Positions 58,435-64,000 of a stretch of 64,000 nt of DNA are shown piece after piece; within the stretch, counting starts at the first letter, position 1, and the number at the start of each line of letters is the position of its first letter. Source of the DNA: Phoronis australis. Its lineage: Eukaryota; Animalia; Phoronida. The notes under the pieces were generated by a model. The model did no database searches. It was not told the DNA's origin and saw only the letters and a list, made by a program, of their open reading frames with translations. Both the position numbers and the translations under genes were made by a program. The stretch is from contig NMRA01000032.1 in the NCBI GenBank assembly GCA_002633005.1, forward strand, positions 414,911-478,910, given 5' to 3'.

Positions 58435-59732
58435 ATGTTGCCACGCATTTGATTCAACATTAGATAAGCTATTACACCAACCTCATTCTGGTGTCAAAAA
58501 CGACTTTCTTCAAAGTCGTGTTTACTCTTCCAATGCAAAGTCGTCCTCTTTAATTTTTGCTTCAATTAAACTTGAGATAACAGGCCTCAAAATCCATTAA
58601 TTGCCACGCTGCTTTGAAGGCTGAAAAAAGCCTGCCGTGACAAGCAAACTTCACGGTCTTGTCAGAACCAGAAACGAACAAACTATTGCTCAGGGGCCTA
58701 TTCCAACAAAACTGATGCGTCGGTTGCTAAATAGGAGACCCTATGAAATTTCGCCTGTCCAAACATTTTAAAACCTCGGTCAAAAGTTATAAAAACACTG
58801 GAGTGCAGCAACTTTACAGTTATGAAGACATCCGATTAAAATGATTTCACGTTTGTGATGTTATTGATTGACTTATATCTAGTGAGCAAATTAGCCACGA
58901 GAACACATCATACTGTCCTTGAATACATATGCCATCCTTGTTTTCCCTAGTTTTCATTGTTCAACCGCTTTGCTAGATGAATGATGGTGTAAATAGCCGA
59001 GCTATCATTTCTTGTCAAATAAATGTAATAGATGCTGGAATGCCGTGCAGTTATCGACGGATAAGAATATAAAATAGTAAAAATACTAAAAATAAAACGA
59101 CGACCGTCGGTACTAAGATACATTAAAATACTCCCAGAAGGAAAGCAAAAATTTTGCAAAGGAACGCAAAATATTCGCGAGGGAATGCAAAAATATTGAA
59201 ATTTATTTTTTCACATAATATCCCTTTAGAAGCTCCGTAATGGACAAACACAAAAGAAAAGAATCAGAGTTATGAAATGAGACGTCTGCTCAACGTGTAG
59301 CAACGTATCAAACACAAAATGCTATGACGTAGCACACACGAAATAAGGAAATTCCTTTTTACACATGCATACTCGTATATTTTCGAAACCCCTTTAATGC
59401 ATATAGAATTACGACAGTCGCTTTTAAGTCATGGCTTTCGTGGAAGGAAGAATGAAGTTTAAATACTTTTTGATGGGTAGTGCAGCGAACTAGTAGAAAG
59501 TTTTTACTTTTCATACAGGAATACTGTGAAGATATGTGTTTGTGATACAGAAAAAGTGATGTGATTAGAATTCATAAGAACTAGACGAAATTATCACCGA
59601 TTTCATCGTTTTACAAATTCATTGAACAAAAGTTTAATCTATATAGGCAATGTCAGCTTTCATAAATCGTTCTGATTAACAAAGTAAATACTACGAACCT
59701 ATCTCGTCATTTTGTCGCCATACCATTCTCGA

Positions 59733-59746
59733 GTCACCATAGCAAC
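59733..59746 (+). promoter_or_regulatory. RFX X-box
   Basis: GTCACCATAGCAAC matches the RFX consensus GTNRCCATRGYAAC and lies 23 bp upstream of the ATG at 59770. Confidence 0.65.
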
Positions 59747-59769
59747 ATCAGGCATCGCGGGATGTACGC

Positions 59770-62484
59770 ATGGCAGCTTCCCCCTCTACCCGGAAGCTGA
59801 CAACCAAGAAGCAAATAAAGCGCAAACGTAAGACAGAAGTTCAACTATTCTAAGCTAAGAAAACATTTCAGTTGATGTACCCAAATATCGTGAATAAGGA
59901 TAAAAATCAAACGTAGCTGGATTTTTCGTATTTTATACAGCGAAACGAATCGTGATCTTTGACCTGATTACAAAAAAAAAACTCCAAAGCCGCGTGACCT
60001 TGCATTTTCTTACATTTTTTGGGTGACCACGGTTAAAACTTTGCGAGGCCACGCGTCTTCGTCTTTTTTGTACTCGGAGCAAGGATCATGGCTCGTTTCG
60101 TTGTATAACGTTCAAAAATTCGAGTTAGATTGAATTTTAGCCGCCACATCCGTTAAATTCAGTTCCTACCAACTTTAAATGACCATCAAAGGTCGTAGGT
60201 AAGACTATCGTAGGCATTTGACTGCACAAGGCATCGTTTTGTTCATCACTTCATAAAAACAAAACAAGCAGCTAACGTAAGAGTATTCCGTAATCTTACT
60301 TTAACAGAGACAGATTTTTAAACTTCAACGAACTAGTAAAGATATCAGATACAACACTTTTACCTACATCATACTTATGATGAAACAGATTTTTCCCACA
60401 AAAATTAAAGTCTTTAAACTTTGATCGTCTATTTACATTTCCCAGATGGTACCAAGATGGGGGGGGGGGGATAACACGTTGTATAACTCATAACTCATAA
60501 CTGCGGGAAAAGCGTCTTAGCAAGAATATCTCATAACATATACACGCCGACTCGCCGACTTTCTTTGGGTTGGCATCTTATGAAACAGTGGAACGATATG
60601 CAGCGAATTTTGTCGACCAACTGCCATTCAATCCGCAGACAAAAGTTCAGAAAAATGCAACTAGAGTTGGGGAGGATTTTGTAGGCGCAACACTCTCGCT
60701 CGTAATAGCAGATGGATCTTCTCTGACAATTCTTTCCATTTGTGACCGAAAGTTGCAATCAAAAACGAAATGCAAATTCGGTATAAAAAGGAGAAAGTGA
60801 TGCCAAAATATTTTTCAGCGCTGTTTTGTGATTTCGTGCAAAAATTTGCCAAGGGCTCGCATTTAATGTTGTAAAGTGAAATAATTTAAAACAAATGTTG
60901 AGTCTGACGTTCATCTCTGACACTGAACCCATTACAACTGGTTTCAGAGCCACTTAAAGAGCACAAGAGACCGGCTTCCAACCAATCAGCCACCAGGCAT
61001 AGAAGGCAGGCTTCAAGTAGGTCATTTTACACAGAGATATCATGATAGCAATATATTTTTGCTTCATGTTGCTATGTACAATAGACAGCAAACCTTTTAT
61101 ACATTTCTGAAACACGACAGAGCAATTAAACTGGAAACATCACAGTCGCGTCGCGTGTTTAATGAGGGGTAATGTTCCGTAAAACACGTCTATACTCGCG
61201 TCGAAAATGAAGACAGTGGTTGCATGCTCATGTAGTCAAGAGCTTTGCCGGTATTGACAAAATAATGCAAGTTCATTATTTTGAAAAATTCGCATTTTTT
61301 AAAATAGAAATTGAGTTCAGCAGCTAAATTGGTATTCATACCAAAACATAAATTTCACAAAAACAATACGAACGAGGTGCGTAACTAACGTGATTTGTGT
61401 TGCAAAATTTTTGGCAACCGTTGATGCAGATTAAACAATGTTTAAAACATTACACTACCTTCCGTCGTGATTTATGAATCATAACCAAACCATGTCTGAC
61501 TTGGCACCGGGGACTATGACCGTGGTGGATTTCTATTGCCAACCGTGTTTTATCAGCTGATGTCAGCTTTTGAAACCAGATGTTTCTCCTAAACTGATTC
61601 TATGTATAAGAATCATCTATTGCAGGAGCGCAACTGCGCAGATCCGACAGCGTAAGAAGTGACTGCAGATCTCGGCGCAGGAAAAAATCCCTCACTTCAG
61701 TCTACTTGTGTGACGATGACTCGAGCAGTGACTGGAGTGACGAGGACAGTGACGTAAGCGACAGCTCAGATGACTCGGACGTCTATTATGAGAGGTAGAC
61801 CAGAGTGTACCACTTCAAAACTGATATTTGTTTACTTCAATCAAAACCTTATGTTTTGCATGTTTGTTTTTACAAAGGCCGTTCGCCTGGACGTGATGTA
61901 TGCATAAAAATGTTTGAATTGGTACATAATCATGAATTTCAAGCACATTTTAGAATAGGTAGAGCGTTTGACAATTTTTTGTTATGTTTCTTTCATTTAT
62001 TCAACATTACGCAACATATCACAAGTCACTACTCTGCAGTAGGCCTTTACTGTCAAAAACGCCAATTCATCCGCATGATTTAGTTGCACATTCTTCGCCA
62101 AAAATTGGGGTTCTTGCGTGAGATTCGATGCCCGTGCGCAGAACCGGGTTAACACTGACTTGCCTGCAAAGCGTAAACACACATATATTGAAACATGTCC
62201 ATGTGTAAAGTGGAGCAGCTATTAATCCGCCTTTAATAAACAACCTTTGACTTATTCCTCCTGCAGTTATGACATTGGTCTTAAATTGTCCCTTAGTTAC
62301 ATTAGAGGATATTTGAGGGCATGGAGAAAATTTATAGTTCGTCATTGCTTGAAAATATCAGGTTGTAAGTTGACCTGTCATGGCGGATAATTTTATGCAC
62401 AGAGCGAGATCTCAAAGAATAGCAAAATGCCATTTTCCCGCCAAACCCAGAAACCGCTTCACGTCTGACTCAGGAACAATTTGA
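59770..62484 (+). CDS. Candidate unannotated gene: Arg/Lys-rich N-terminus followed by an Asp/Ser tract; 3' structure uncertain
   Basis: Exons 59770-59827, 60948-61016 and 61626-61794 join in phase (1,1) to give MAASPSTRKLTTKKQIKRKQPLKEHKRPASNQSATRHRRQASRAQLRRSDSVRSDCRSRRRKKSLTSVYLCDDDSSSDWSDEDSDVSDSSDDSDVYYER. The next phase-compatible acceptors give exon starts at 62403 (stop 62484), 62579 or 62750 (stop 62912). No homolog recognised. Confidence 0.5.
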
Positions 62485-63808
62485 GGTCAGCTTTATTGTG
62501 GTCTAAAACAAAGGTTTCTTAGACGCAACACAACATCCTCTCCGAATCCACCAATGTTGTTGTATCTATTTTTGATAGTGTGTCATGCAAAAGCAGAACT
62601 ACTCTCCCTAACAGCAATCGCCCACAGTATCCGAACAGTTCATATGAATCTGATCAACCATTTCTGAGACGCGATGATGTTCCGGAGACAGCAGCACATT
62701 TTCTTTTAAACTATGGCTTTAGAATAATTCCTAACCGTTTCTGATGCAGGGAAGTGACGTTGCGATGGGCCCGCCCCGTGGCTAGGGTGCTAACGCAGCG
62801 ACACAAGACAAAGCGAGGACGCCTGAAGAAACCAAGATCGATCTTAAAGAACATCGACGATATTATCCGCATACGGAAAAACACCAAGATTTACAAAATT
62901 ACGGTGATTTAGCCGTTGCATAGTTCTTTTTCACGTTGTCGAGCGACTGAAATTTTGTTAAACTATGAATACAACTACAAAAACAACTTTTCTTGAGTAA
63001 CAGGGAATTGTCTTTATTGCTGACTTCTAAAACAGGTAACATAAGCTCTAAGGAGCATTTATTTTATAAAAAAAATGAAACAAATAAAGCCAAATTTAAA
63101 AGATGATAAATTATCATTCAAACTTCATGAAAGACTACGATTGCTTTACATACAATCATACAAAGTAAATATGAATGCGACGGCCATTTTGTATGAATGC
63201 GGTGGCCATTTTTCAGAAATAACCTCTGCAGTAAACGGTGGATAAATTAACCACGTGACTGGTGATCACAATTATAACAGATTATCGTAGCTACCAACTT
63301 GCGATAATATCGGAGGCAAAACTGGAACTCTTCAAATCTGTGTTTCGGCATTTCATTGTATCCGTCTTCAGTCCTTAACAACTAAATTTTGAAAACCAAC
63401 TCTGTGTTTAGGAATGAAAATCCACCTTTATGGAAAAAAGAGTAACAAGCCCTTTTTATTTATAATGTTAAATGCAGTGCGAAATTCCTAAACTTTACTT
63501 ATTTATTGCGAAAAATTTCATGGAAATGCACGCCAGTATTAAGATTGACTGGTTTTCGCTGATTATTTTAATAATCAGCGAAAACCAGTCAAGCTTAATA
63601 CTGTTAAAACAGTTACAAAATCGTTCTATTGTACCTAAATCACGGAGTGTGAAATGTTTACTTGTTTGTAAACATGCACAGGTTAGTAATTCATACCATA
63701 ATTTTAAAAATCACGATTCAACAACTGAATAACATCAGCGCAAACGAAATTACGCCAAAATATTTTGTTCCCAAAAACATAGTTTTTCGTGAGAAAATGA
63801 TGCAGTGA

Positions 63809-63878
63809 CATGGGCGGCGCACCATAGGGGGCTAAGGGGCCACAGCTCCCACTTACTTCAGTGCTGCGCCCCCCCATA
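63809..63878 (-). mobile_element. Monomer copy of the CATGGGCGGCGC mini-MITE
   Basis: Its reverse complement matches the second unit of 41500-41656. Confidence 0.65.
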
Positions 63879-64000
63879 AACATGGCCATGGTCCCATGTC
63901 TAGTGAACAAAAATATTTTGTCTAAAAGTTTTGAAACTTTTAACAAATACTCAACTTTCATTACACCCCGACATTGAGGCTATTGTACATCAGTTTTTCA

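Noticed and set aside
60570-60800. 76-aa ORF as a separate gene or exon
   Set aside because: TTG start, no clear flanking splice sites and no recognisable motif.
62580-62912. In-frame TGA at 62742 (F-stop-C) as selenocysteine
   Set aside because: No recognisable selenoprotein fold and no SECIS identified by eye. The TGA also lies within a plausible branch point/acceptor (CTAAC...TGCAG 62749).

Overview
AT-rich, intron-rich genomic DNA from an invertebrate animal (probably a marine deuterostome; this is inference). It is not prokaryotic, and no CRISPR array, rRNA or true tRNA was seen. By hand-splicing at GT-AG sites I recover four well-supported genes. (1) The 3' ~886 codons of nucleoporin NUP133 (+, 24 exons, 491-19275). 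(2) A 3-exon SLC52-family riboflavin transporter (+, 23676-27370). (3) A secreted PAN/apple-like + olfactomedin protein (-, 37915-29150). (4) Head-to-head with it, an 11-exon astacin-EGF-CUB-TSP1 metalloprotease (+, 40142-57658). A fifth candidate is an unannotated basic/acidic protein gene behind a perfect RFX X-box (+, from 59770). Introns hold three distinct internally deleted Kolobok DNA transposons (TTAA TSD, convergent THAP-transposase and KolX remnants). One of them is nested in a TTAA MITE whose empty-site sister copy lies in NUP133. Also present are several small MITEs, two tRNA-derived SINE heads, a LINE 3' fragment and minisatellites, three of which sit directly on NUP133 splice signals. 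Two duplications split by a single N (5370, 13711) are most likely uncollapsed haplotype overlaps.
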